From Chiloscyllium plagiosum (Eukaryota), in NCBI RefSeq assembly GCF_004010195.1, contig NC_057718.1, forward strand, positions 89,047,458 through 89,067,457: 20,000 nucleotides of DNA, read 5' to 3'. The notes beneath the pieces are model-generated. The model was not told the origin of the DNA, did no database searches, and saw nothing but the letters and a program-made list of their open reading frames with translations. Positions 9,263 through 19,474 of this stretch are shown here, piece after piece; the first letter of the stretch is position 1; the number at the start of each line of letters is the position of its first letter. A program made the translations under genes and the position numbers.

Positions 9263-10760
9263 TCCTGACAGTATCAGTGGGTCCGGAACTTCCATTCCTC
9301 TTCACAGGTAGGTGCTAATGTCTCCTCTGAAGCAGTAAGGTGCTCCCATTGTCTTGTCCTTGGAGCAATGCTCTTGGTGGTGCCTCTCTGTCTGACCTGT
9401 TCTTTGTGTGGCTCTGGTGTTGTTGGGTTATGAGACTGCCCTCGGGGCTTTGGGACAGCCATGTTGATCTGACACTGTTAGTGGGTGCTGCGAAGTGTAT
9501 TCCCTTGTCTGCGAGTGCTGTTTGGTTTCGCTTGCCAGCTCGCTTGGTCCCTGCTGAGGCATTCTGGGTGTTTTTGGTACAGTTTGGCCAAGTTTGCTTT
9601 CCTATGTTCTGTGTGGGCCTATTATGGGTTGGCAGGGTGGCAGATCTTTTCCCACAATGTTAGACAACTTTTCCATGCCAGCATCTTTCTCCTTGGGTTC
9701 TGCCAGAAGTCTCTGAAGCTTGTGTTTTACTGGTTGCTTGTCAACTGCTTGGTTGATAATGATTTATTGATGGACCACTGTTTTGACAGCTGTTTCCTTC
9801 TGGACCAGTTAATCTCTGGGAGGTTTTGGACCTCCTCCACAACTTCACTTGAGGTTCAGGCATGTATGCGGTCTCAAAAGTGAAGTTGATTGAATGCGAA
9901 TAATGTACATATTTTAACCATTTTCTGTGTTGTGTTAGAGTGTAATGCGTAGCATTTCTATCTTTATGGTACCTATTTCATCTGTACTATGTAGTCTTAC
10001 CTCTGTAGGCCACACCTTCTGCATCTTCAGTCATGGTACATTGACTGATAGAACTGTAAGGTTTGCGCGTGTATCAAGCACAAAGTTAACAGGATGTCCA
10101 TTATCCAAACAATTTCTGCATGTTCTGGCTCATCCAGATTAGTCAGTTCCCCTGAGAGTACCTCAGACATCTTCTTCAATGGAGGTACCTCATCAAAGCA
10201 GGATTGTTTTTCTCTATCGGAACTGTGTGTTTTACTGTGCACAGCTCTTTACACGCGAGACCAGCAGCACTGTTCTGAAATTGCATCTGATGTCTGCATA
10301 AGTGACCTACAGTTTTACAAATATACAATGGACATAGCCTGTACAAGTGAGCATTTGTAATCCTGCAGCGTTGACACTGGTTTGTAGCAGCAGGTATTTT
10401 GATTGTTCCTTGTGTCTCCTTGCATTGTCCCTCTCTAGGATGCCCATACCTTTTAAATATAATGGGATTTCATCAAGAATTTTAGCAGCAATCCTGGCTC
10501 TTATTATTTCTGATTTCATAGCTCCACATTCATAGCTTTCCACCGATCTGTGGGGCTCGTAAGTAAAATCGTCTAAAGATTTCAATGGAAGCTAAACTAC
10601 TCTGTTACATATTTGAGGATACATCCGAAACCCAGCGTAAAACTCCTTGCCTCCATTCACAAACTGTGTCTGACAGCAGAAACCAGTGTAACATGAACAT
10701 TAACTCCTTCACAACAAGAACTTAATGTGTTAAGAACACTCCCCGTCAGGTATACCTTGA
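9263..10760 (-). mobile_element. Decayed Gypsy (Mag/K02A2.6-like) gag-zinc knuckle-protease, copy B
   Basis: Gag SLDDFTYEPHRSVESYECGAMKSEIIRARIAAKILDE (cf. ESVDAFI.DL.RL.E.CEYG.LK.ELIRDRIVVGI.D); knuckles CQRCRITNAHLYRLCP..ICKTVGHLC (10295-10376); protease NGHPVNFVLDTRANLTVLS (~10046-10102). Confidence 0.85.
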
Positions 10761-11170
10761 CTGTCCATCTTTCCTTTCCCATTTGAGTTTGACTCTATGC
10801 CCTCTTGTCTGAGATCTCATGTTGATCCTGAACAAATGGGAGCCAGCATATCAATTTTCTTGATGTTCTTTATTTCCTCACAGGATGACAGTACATCAGG
10901 CATACAGTACAGAAAAGGCCATTCGATCCAGCCAATCCATCCTCTAATGAGTCTCCTCCATTAAATACTTGTCTAGCTTCCCTTACAAGTATCAATATGA
11001 CTAACTTTAACACTCCTTGTGACAGGGAACCTCACCATTCTTTGTGTAATTTGCTATTGCAATTCTTGCAACTATCTTAAATCGATGGCCTATGATTAGG
11101 CTCTTCCACTCAACAGGATACACTCTACGTTTATTTGCTCCATTGTAATCTTTCACAATTTGAAAGACGT

Positions 11171-12083
11171 CAGCAGGTAAACGGGCTGACGGGTAAGTGA
11201 AATTCAATCTGAATAAATGTGAGGTGATGCACTTGGGCAGGACAAACAATGGAAAGGGAATATGTGATGGACCCTGGGGAGCACAGAGGAGCAGAGTGAC
11301 TTTGACGTGCCTTAAGGTATCCGGGCAGATGAATAAAATGATTAAGGCGACATATGGGTTACTTGCATTTATTAGTTGAAGCACAGGGTTAAAGAATAGG
11401 TGGGTTATGCAGGTCATTAATTCTGATTTCTCTCCACAGATGCTGTCAGACCTGCTGAGCTTTTCCAGCAATTTCTGTTTTGTTTCTGATTGACAGCATC
11501 CGCAGTTCTTTCGGGGGTTATGCTGGAACCATATAAGGTATTGATTAGGCCACAGCTAGATTATTGTGAGCAGTTCTGTGATCCACATTATAGGAAGGAT
11601 GTGCTAACACTGGAGAGGGTGCAAAGGAGATTTACCAGGACGTTGCCTGGGCTGGAGAGTTACGAACAGAGATATTCAGACTGGGGTCGTTAAGCTTCGA
11701 GCAGAGGAAATTGAGAAGGGACATGGTTGAGATGTACAAAGTTGTGAGGAATGTGGTCAGGGTAGGCAGGTAGAAACGTTTCCCCTAGACAGAGGGATCA
11801 ATAAACAGGGTACATAGATTTAAGGAACAGGACAGAAAGTGCAGTGAAGATGTGAGGAAAAATCTTTTCACCAAGACGTTGGAGAGAATTTGGAACTCAG
11901 TGCCTGAAAGGGTGGTAAAGGTAGAACATCTTGGAAGAATTAAGAAGTATTTAGATTTGCACCTGTGATGCAAAAACATACAAGGCTATGGGCCAGGTGC
12001 TGGGAAAAATGAGATTGGAATGGTAAGGATTGGACCCGACGGGCCAAAGGGTGGTTTCTCTGTGCTGCAGATCTCTATGTCAT
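11171..12083 (+). mobile_element. CR1 3' fragment (RT C-terminus + tail)
   Basis: KFNLNKCEVMHLGRTN; YKVLIRPQLDYCEQFCDPHYRKDVLTLERVQRRFTRTLPGL; tail ...ctgtgctgcagatctctatg. Confidence 0.92.
11414..11513 (+). mobile_element. PLE pLTR 3' fragment (hammerhead truncated away)
   Basis: ctctccacagatgctgtcagacctgctgagcttttccagcaatttctg; TSD GGGTTATGC at 11402-11410 and 11515-11523. Confidence 0.8.
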
Positions 12084-12496
12084 TTATTAGTTCACCCTTC
12101 AGCCTTCCCTTTCAAGAAAAAAGGGACCTGGCCTGTTAATCTATTCCTGATATGTTCACCCAACACATTCCCACCATCTTCATGATAAATCATCCTTACA
12201 TCCTTTTGGTAAATGACAACCAGAACTGCACATGTTATCCAGGCTGTGCTCTAACCTAAGATTTGATGCAGATTAAATATAACATCACTACCCTTCAATG
12301 GACTCCATCTCAAAATAAATGTTAGTGGTGGTTTAGTTTCTTATGACCTTGCTTTCAACATTTAGAGATTGGTGCATTTCTACCTGAAACCCCTTTGTTG
12401 CGTGGCCCTACGTAGACTTGTACCTCACATGTAATAAGTGCCCTCCCTTTCCTTCTTAGAAAATGCACTTCCTTACACTTGGTCTGCATTCAACTG

Positions 12497-13235
12497 GAAG
12501 TTGCTCATTTTGGAAGGGAGTAAAAATTGAGAAGAACTGCAGAAAGCTGAAACACAAAGGTACTTGGGGGTACTTGTGTCTGAAACACAGAAGGAAAGCA
12601 CACTGGTGCAGCAGAGAATCCAGAAGGCTAATGGAATGTTGGCCCTTATTTCAAAGAGGTTGAGGTTTAAGAGTTGGGAAGTCTCACTTCAACTGCGCAA
12701 GGTGCTGTTGAGACCACGTCTGGAGTAGTTTTGGTCTGCTTATTCAAGGAGAGATATTGTTTTATTTGGAGACAGTTCAGAGAAGATTCACTAGGATGAT
12801 CCCCAGTGTGGAGGGATGAGTAAAGGCCAAACAAGTTGGGACTCTACTCACCAGAGTATAAAAGAATGACAAGCGAACTCACTGAAACATAGAGGATTCT
12901 TAAAGGCCTTGAAAGGGAATGCTGAGAAGACATTTCCTGTCATGGGGAAGTCTAGGTCCAGGGAAACAGCCTCAGAATAAAGGGGTGTTAATTTAAGATT
13001 GAGATGCAGAGAAATTTCTTCTCGAGAGAGTAGTGAGCATTTGGAACTCCTTGCCACAAAGAGCTGTATATATTTAAGGCTGAGCTGGATAGATTCTTGG
13101 TCGGTCAGGAAATCAGGGGTTATGGGGAAAACGCAGGAAAGTAGATGTGAGGACTGTCAGGGCAGCTACAATCTTAGTGAATGGCTCGAGGTCCAAATAG
13201 CCTACTCCTGTTCCTATTTCTTATGACCTTAGAGT
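12497..13235 (+). mobile_element. CR1 3' fragment
   Basis: EVAHFGR...KANGMLALISRG...KVLLRPRLE...LETVQRRFTRMIPSV; tail gcctactcctgttcctatttcttatgacctta. Confidence 0.9.
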
Positions 13236-13981
13236 CTGATTACTTCCGTTGCCACTTGTCTGTCTGTTCTCTCACAAGTTCTCTCATAATTCATCACTGT
13301 CCTTTTCAGTCTTGAGTATCTCCAACAATTTGGTGCAATCTTCAAATTTAGAAATTGTGCTATTGATTCCAAAGACTAAATCATTAATAGAACCCATGAA
13401 CTGAACTGATCCTAGCACTGATCTTGTAGAACACAACTTACCATTTTCTACCAATTAACAACTCCCCTTTATTTCCACTTTCTGCTCTCTGGTCTGAAGC
13501 TAGCTAGCAGTCCATTCTGCTGTCTGTCCTCTCACACAGCATTCTCTGATCCTTATTTCTTATTCTATTATAGTGCATCTTATCAAAGAACTTCTGAAAA
13601 TTCTGAAAAATTACTTCCACAGCATTATCATTATTGACACTCTTTGTCACCCTCCCAAAAGTTTTAATCAGATTGTCCAAGCAAGATTTTTCATTTTGAA
13701 ATTTGTGCTGACTACTTTGTTATTATTTTTCTTGTTTCTATGTTCCCCTAATCTCTCCTTCAGTCTTGATTTCATTATTTCCCTGTCACTGACCAGTTTA
13801 TATTCTGTTCTCCTTATCAAATATAGGAATTCCAGTCTTCTGCAACTGTAACAAATGATTGCATATCGGTCGTCATGGTTCTGGTATTTCTTCTATAGGT
13901 TTGTTGCAAATATAAGGGCTTTATCTTTGAAGTTTAGTTTTGTCAATATATCCTTTTTAAGGAACTTAATTGCACTGTCTA

Positions 13982-14357
13982 GTCATAGAGTCTTAAAGCA
14001 TGGAATCAGACCCTTTCGTCCAACTTGTCCATGCTGACTAAAGTTCCCAAACTAATCCCATTTACCACTACATCTACCACTTCCTCTGGTAGTTTGTTCC
14101 ACATAGGCACCATCCTCTGTGTGAAAAGGTTGCCCCTCAGTACTCTTTCTCCTCTCACCTTGAAATTACGCACTCTAGTTTTGAACTCCCCAACCCTAGG
14201 GAAAAGACCTTTGGTGTTCACCTTATCTATGCCCCTCATGATTTTATAAAGCTCTATAAGGTCTCCCCTCAGCCCCGACGCTCCCAGGGACAGAAGTCTC
14301 AGCTTACCCTACCTCTTCTTATAAGTGAAGCACTTCAGTCCTGGTAATATCTTTGTC
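13982..14357 (-). mobile_element. CR1 3' fragment
   Basis: ORF 14006..14239 MRGIDKVNTKGLFPRVGEFKTRVRNFKVRGERVLRGNLFTQRMVPMWNKLPEEVVD; gtcatagagtc tail. Confidence 0.9.
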
Positions 14358-14412
14358 TCATTCACTGTCATGTCTACCTGTTCTACTTCCCTGAATATTG
14401 AACTGAATAATT

Positions 14413-14516
14413 GTATTCTGAAGAAGGGTCACTGGACCCAAAATGTTAACAGCTTTCTCTCTACAGATGCTGCCAGACCTGCAGAATTTTCCCAACAATT
14501 TCTGTTTTTGTTTCTA
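14413..14516 (+). mobile_element. PLE pLTR fragment with decayed hammerhead
   Basis: CTGAAGA(14418-14424)-A-GGGTC-ACTG-GACCC-aAAA-tGTT; both core lesions are at former CpG sites; TSD AATAATT at 14406-14412 and 14517-14523. Confidence 0.8.
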
Positions 14517-14823
14517 AATAATTATTTAGTAACTCTGCCAACTTTTTAATGCTACCTGTGCCATTATCATCTCCATCCCTTAATGGGTCTAGTTTATCAC
14601 AGCCGCCTGTTTATTTATTTTACCGACAAAATACTTTATTATTTCTTGATAATTTACTTCAATAGTTCCTCTTTGCCTTCCTTATTCTTTTTGTCTAACT
14701 TCTCTCTGAACCTCTTCAAATTATCTTTGGTCATGCACTGCTTTAATGTCTAATTATTAAATGTCTCTCTTCTAACCTGCGATTGTTCCCTGCCATCTTT
14801 ATTCATCTGTTGAGTCTCACTAG

Positions 14824-15771
14824 TATCATGACAATGGATTGTATCCCTGAATCACATACAGATGCATTGAATTTTTGAGTATAATGTGTTTTAAAAAAAT
14901 AGAAGCCAAAAGATGGCTGAGAATGTAAATTCTGTGGCTGTCTTGTAAATCCTGTGTGGATCATACTGAGTCCTGAGAGAGTACATGAAATGTCACGCTC
15001 AAGGTGTGTCAAGGGAATGTCAGACAGCAATACTGTAAAGGGAGAGATGCCATTCAACAAAACTGTATTATGATCTCCTGTGGCTACAGAGATAAGGAAA
15101 GGCTGATTAACCCCACTCAACAGAGTTGGGGGCTGTGTTCTAGATTCCATACAAAGTATGAGTTGAAAAAAAGGACATTTCTGGGTTTGTCTTCTGTCCT
15201 TCTGTTTTCTTGAATGCTGATGCGTTGTGTGTTAGCTTGGGGTTTGAGCACCCATTGTGCTAAAGAGTGTTGAGAAAGGACCCAGTTGAGAACTTCCAAG
15301 AGGCTCCCCTGTGTCTACTGGTCACAAGAAATAATGTCTCTGTCTAATTACTGAAACAAGGTGAGTTGGCAAAGTCATTGCTGAAGGAAACTGGACAAAA
15401 TCTTTTCAGCTAACTGCAGAACGAAGATCGCCAATCAAATACTCAACTGTCAAAGTCACCAGGATCACCCATCTTAACAGCAGGCGATATTTCACAATGT
15501 TTTCATCATGACATCCCGAAAACTGACTCACCTTTTGTTTGACACTTTGGTCTCACTTCTCATTTCTAATTTGTGTGTGTGTTGTGCTTTTTTTTTCAGT
15601 AGCTAATAAAGTCATTGTTTAACTCAAGAAAGCTGGTTAAATTGGCTCCTTTTAAAATGCAAATACTTTTCGGGTTGGAGGGATCCTGTTTTAATTAACC
15701 TTGTTGCGATGAACTGAGGGAGAGGATAAATAGAATAGTGGAGCCATTTCATCCCTCTGCATCTGTGAATA
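14824..15771 (+). mobile_element. Probable solo LTR (Gypsy/ERV type), ~950 bp
   Basis: Non-coding block that cleanly interrupts the old CR1; starts TATCATGAC (decayed TGTCATGAC); (GT)n then AATAAA at ~15605; U5-like end gagccatttcatccctctgcatctgtgaata. TSD not seen. Confidence 0.5.
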
Positions 15772-16277
15772 TACCCATTCAGCGTCCATCACTTGGGGAT
15801 CAGTTGTAACACCAGCTTAATTTGTTCTTCCTGCACCCTAAATGTCTGAAATGTTTTCCTTTTTTTGTATTACATTACATTGCTTATGCTAATAAAATTC
15901 CTCATTTTATTTTCACAAGTTCCATTCTCAGCCCCTCACATCAGCTTTTCTCCAATCTATTAGCCTTTTCTTCATATTAATATCTTATACTATCCTCATC
16001 TTTACATGTATTCGTAAATTGCCCCTCTTACCCAGAAGTTCCCTTATCTTTACCTCTTTTATCAGTTCTGGTTTATTCCATGTTACTCGATCCAGTAATG
16101 AATCTTCCCCTTGTTGGGCTTTTTGCATATTGGAAAGAGGTCCTGCACATATTGTAGTAACTCTATTCCCTTATCCCCCTTACCTGCCCCTTCTCCTAAT
16201 ATTGACCTTTAGAGTCTTAAGCTGAAAATGTGTTGCTGGAAAAGCACAGCAGGTCAGGCAGCATCCAGGGAACAGGA

Positions 16278-16314
16278 GAATCGACGTTTCGGGCATAAGC
16301 CCTTCTTCAGGAAT
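16278..16314 (-). ncRNA. Minimal hammerhead motif, intact core
   Basis: Minus strand attc-CTGAAGA-A-GGGC-TTAT-GCCC-GAAA-CGTC-gatt; boxes at 16304-16310 and 16287-16290. Confidence 0.8.
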
Positions 16315-16315
16315 G

Positions 16316-16351
16316 ATTCCTGAAGAAGGGCTTATGCCGAAACGTCGATTC
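16316..16351 (+). ncRNA. Minimal hammerhead motif, intact core, helix II shortened by one C
   Basis: attc-CTGAAGA(16320-16326)-AG-GGC-TTAT-GCC-GAAA(16339-16342)-CGTC-gatt. Confidence 0.75.
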
Positions 16352-16489
16352 TCCTGTTCCCTGGATGCTGCCTGACCTGCTGCGCTTTTCCAGCAACACA
16401 TTTTCAGCTCTGATCTCCAGCATCTGCAGACCTCACTTTCTCCTTTAGAGTCTTAATACAAGCTCAAGCCAGACCTCCAGATTACTGTT

Positions 16490-16708
16490 TAGTAAATTTT
16501 CACCCAGAGGATGATAGAAGTCAGGAACACACTGCCTGAGAAGCAGGTTCTGTCACAATGTTTTTGAAGCAACTGGATGAGCATTTAACATTCCAAGGTG
16601 TGGTAGATTATAGATCAAGTGCAGACAATGCTTTGGTGTTTGTTGGTTGGCATGGACAAGGCAGGCTGAAGAGCCTGTTTCTGTGCTGTATGGTTCTATG
16701 ACTGTATG
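16490..16708 (+). mobile_element. CR1 3' fragment
   Basis: ttttcacccagaggatgatagaagtcaggaacacactgcctgag...ggctgaagagcctgtttctgtgctgtatggttctatgact. Confidence 0.8.
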
Positions 16709-17442
16709 CCTAGCATTTATATGACTGTAAGGCTAGAGAGCAACACGGTCTGTGCTGTGCAGGTTCCAACCTTCCAGTAGATTCTGAGCATATGGTTACT
16801 AAGGTCACAGTTAAATCACAGCATACCTCAGAGGCTTATCTATATAATTATCAAACCTCTATCTCTGCACTTTTGTATCCAATTAACATCCTCCATGATT
16901 ATTATGCCATTCCTTAATTTATGTCCTTCGCTCTTCCTCCAGCTCTCTTCCATTGTTAGCTCATCTGTAGACTACACCTATTGGTATGATTGATTCTTTA
17001 TTGTCTCTTACTCCTATTCATTGACTCTATTTTGTTGTACTGTCAACGACAGCATTTTTTTTTCTACTATTATTATGTCAACCCTAATATCGATAATTCC
17101 TACACCAGGGCGGTCTCTCCCTGTGCCACAGTGAAAGCTGAGGACACCAGCCACCCAATATGTTTGTGGCTCGGTCCACAGATGGGTCAAAGTGATGGTC
17201 ACCTTTTCCATGCTAAACAGGATAGACTCTTGAGTTAAAAGAGTGAAACTTGAGGTAGAAGAGTTTAGTTGTTGTCCTGCTACCTCTGGAGTGGCAAAGT
17301 TTACCGATTGCATGGATTTCTCAGTGAGTCACAGATTTTCTGAGTTGGTTTTCCATTGGAACTGGTTTCAGACATTGAAAGAGAGTAGAGATTCCAGTTT
17401 CCTTCCTGTGATCCGCCCCGGTGCTAAGTCCTGACTCTGTTC

Positions 17443-17722
17443 AGAGTCATACAGATGCACAGCATGGAAAAAGACCCTTCGGTCCAACCCCTCCATGCTG
17501 ACCAGATATCCCAACCAAATCTAGTCCCACCTGCCAGCACCCGGCCCATATCCCTCCAAACCCTTCCTATTCATATACCCATCCAGATGGCTTTTAAAAG
17601 TTGCAATTGTACCAGCCTCCACCACTTCCTCTGGCAGCTCATTCCATACACGTACCACCCTCTGTGTGGAAAATGTTGCCCTGTAGGTCTCTTTTATATC
17701 TTTCCCCTCTCACCCTAAACCA
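17443..17722 (-). mobile_element. Well-preserved CR1 3' fragment, same subfamily as 3893-4248
   Basis: Near-identical reverse complement, e.g. cccatatccctccaaacccttcctattcatatacccatccagatg. Confidence 0.92.
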
Positions 17723-17855
17723 CATCATTCCAGATGAAGGAATTGTGCCCAATACGTCAACTTTCCTACTCCTCGGATGCTGCCTGACTTGCTGTGCTAT
17801 TTCAGCACCACACTTTTCGACTCTGACTCTCCAGCATTTGCAGTGCTCACTTTCT
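17723..17855 (+). mobile_element. PLE pLTR fragment with inactivated hammerhead
   Basis: cattc-CAGATGA-aggaattgtgccc-AATA-CGTC (17731-17758), then cctcggatgctgcctgacttgctgtgc...ccagcatttgcagtgctcactttct. Confidence 0.85.
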
Positions 17856-18194
17856 ACACTTCCCAATATATCACCATTTAAACAAGACACCTCCTTTTTG
17901 TTTTTGTTTTCCACAGCAAAGGCTATAACTTCACCTTGTGGCACTGCACTTGCCATGAGTTTGAGGCACAGACCTGGACCAGCTTTTCCAGAGCCTGCCC
18001 TCTTTCTGGATTCACTCCCTTTCTTTTCAGTTGCTGCAAGTCAACAATTGGATCCCAGCATGAAAATAAAAGAAACAGAAAAGGCAGTGAGAGAAGAGAG
18101 TGCCATTGGACAGAGGAAGGAAATTACAGTCTTGGAATAATCTCAATCTTCATTCAAAGAGGGAGGAGCAGCAGCAGCTTCAGAAGCTCATGGG

Positions 18195-18268
18195 TCAAGA
18201 GTAGAGTGGTGCTGGAAAAGCACAGCAGGTCAGGCAGCATCCGAGGAGCAGGAGAATCGACGTTTCGG
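18195..18268 (-). mobile_element. PLE pLTR fragment truncated inside the hammerhead
   Basis: gtgctggaaaagcacagcaggtcaggcagcatccgaggagcaggagaatcgacgtttcgg; only the GAAACGTC half remains. Confidence 0.85.
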
Positions 18269-18388
18269 ATTCAGACAATAGGGCTGTTCTGAATGGTAGG
18301 AGGACCAGGCTCCTCCTTCAGATGTTCCAGTGCTCCTCATTGGTTCAGCAAATGAAATTCATGCACCATTTTGACAGACAGATAGAAG

Positions 18389-18457
18389 CATGTGCAGTTT
18401 TTTGCAGACACCGGTGAACATGTGCAGTGCTTGCTGACACCGAGGGGCACGCGCAGT
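18389..18457. repeat. Degenerate ~30-bp tandem repeat (2.3 copies)
   Basis: catgtgcagttttttgcagacaccggtgaa / catgtgcagtgcttgctgacaccgagggg / cacgcgcagt. Confidence 0.6.
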
Positions 18458-18599
18458 AGGCTCTGTAGAAATGCTGGTGTAACTGACAGATTCAACTGGC
18501 CAAATGCCAATAGAAGGAAAAAAGGGTAGAGCCACAATTTTGTTTCACCTCCCCACCCCGGGTTGGACATAGCCGCGCATGCTCCTCGTTATTCTCCTT

Positions 18600-19280
18600 A
18601 GCCTCACCCCTCATGATTTTTCAAATCTCAATAAGGTCATCCCTCAACCTCCTCCACTCCAGTGAAAAAGTCCCAGCCTCTCCCTATAACTCAAACCCTC
18701 CAGTCCTGGCAACGTCCAGGTAAATCTTTATCGAACCCTCTCTAGTAGTATTCTTCCTATTACAGGGCGACCAGAACTGTACTCCATACTCCAAAAAATG
18801 GCCTCACCAACACCCTGTACAACCTCAACATAGAACAAAGAAAATTTACAATCCAGGAACAGGCCATTCAGCCCTTCAAGCCTAAGCGGATCCAAATCCC
18901 GTCTAAATCTATCGCGCAATTCCTGAATCTGTATCCCTCTGCTTTCCACTTACTCATGCATCTGTCCAGATGCACCTTAAATGAATCTACAGTCTCTGCC
19001 TCTACCTCTGCTGGCAATGCGTTCCAGGCAACTATCACCATCTGTGTAAAGTACTTTCCGTGTGCATCCCCAACATGATGACCCAACTCCTGTACTCAGC
19101 ATGTGATCAATGAAGGCAAGTGTGCTAAACACCTTCTTCACCCCTGTCTACCAGTGATGGAACTTTCAAGAACAATGAACATGAACACCCCTGGGTCTCT
19201 GTTCTACAACACGACCCAGGGCCCTACCATTACCTGAACAAGTCTTGCCCTCCTTTATTTTAGCAAAATGCAACCCCTTA
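18600..19280 (-). mobile_element. CR1 RT C-terminal fragment with a nested CR1 3' end (18832-19070)
   Basis: Host reads MLRLYRVLVRPFFGVWSTVLVAL (cf. LYRTLVRPLLEYCVQFWSP); the nested copy YFTQMVIVAWNALPAEVEAETVDSFKVHLDRCM is flanked by TSD CAACAT (18826-18831 and 19071-19076). Confidence 0.88.
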
Positions 19281-19474
19281 CTTACATCCATACCTCTCTC
19301 ATACACACGCTCTCTCTCAGGCATACACATACACCACCCTCTCAACACATTCACCCTCTCACAGGCTCATACTCCATCACAATCACACTTTACCAAGCAT
19401 GCACACATGCAAATACAGGTACACGCTCTCTTACGCGCAGTCTTATGCACAAACTCATATGCACACACACACAC
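19281..19474. repeat. Degenerate (CA)/(CT)-rich low-complexity tract, probably PLE UTR
   Basis: catacacacgctctctctcaggcatacacatacaccaccctctc...gcacacacacacac. Confidence 0.6.

Larger units (their letters stand above)
16221..16443. mobile_element. Palindromic PLE-derived element with two inverted hammerheads
   Basis: Arms 16221-16314 and 16316-16408 are reverse complements (1 mismatch, 1 indel, 1-nt spacer); TSD (CC)TTTAGAGTCTTAA at 16206-16220 and 16442-16456. Confidence 0.95.
10895..17100 (-). mobile_element. Old near-full-length CR1 ORF2 fragmented by nested insertions
   Basis: Collinear minus-strand pieces: EN IGVVYR*ANNGRELEEE (~16930-16990), QYAKSPTRG / LLDRVTWNKPELIKEVKIRELLG (~16030-16150), RT SVLG...INDLVFGINSTISKFED..TKL (~13325-13430), thumb 12085-12497, 3' end 10895-11170. 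The junction gaaagacgtc|...|tattagttcaccc rejoins a CR1-type sequence. Confidence 0.8.

Noticed and set aside
16221..16408. MITE/DNA transposon with terminal inverted repeats
   Set aside because: The arms are a fold-back of a PLE pLTR, the right arm extends 35 nt beyond the symmetry, and the long TSD fits retrotransposition.
17601..18140. 179-aa ORF
   Set aside because: Antisense CR1 plus pLTR plus flank. The recurring 'DEGLLPETSIFLL..CCLTCCAF' peptide in several ORFs is just the translated hammerhead element.
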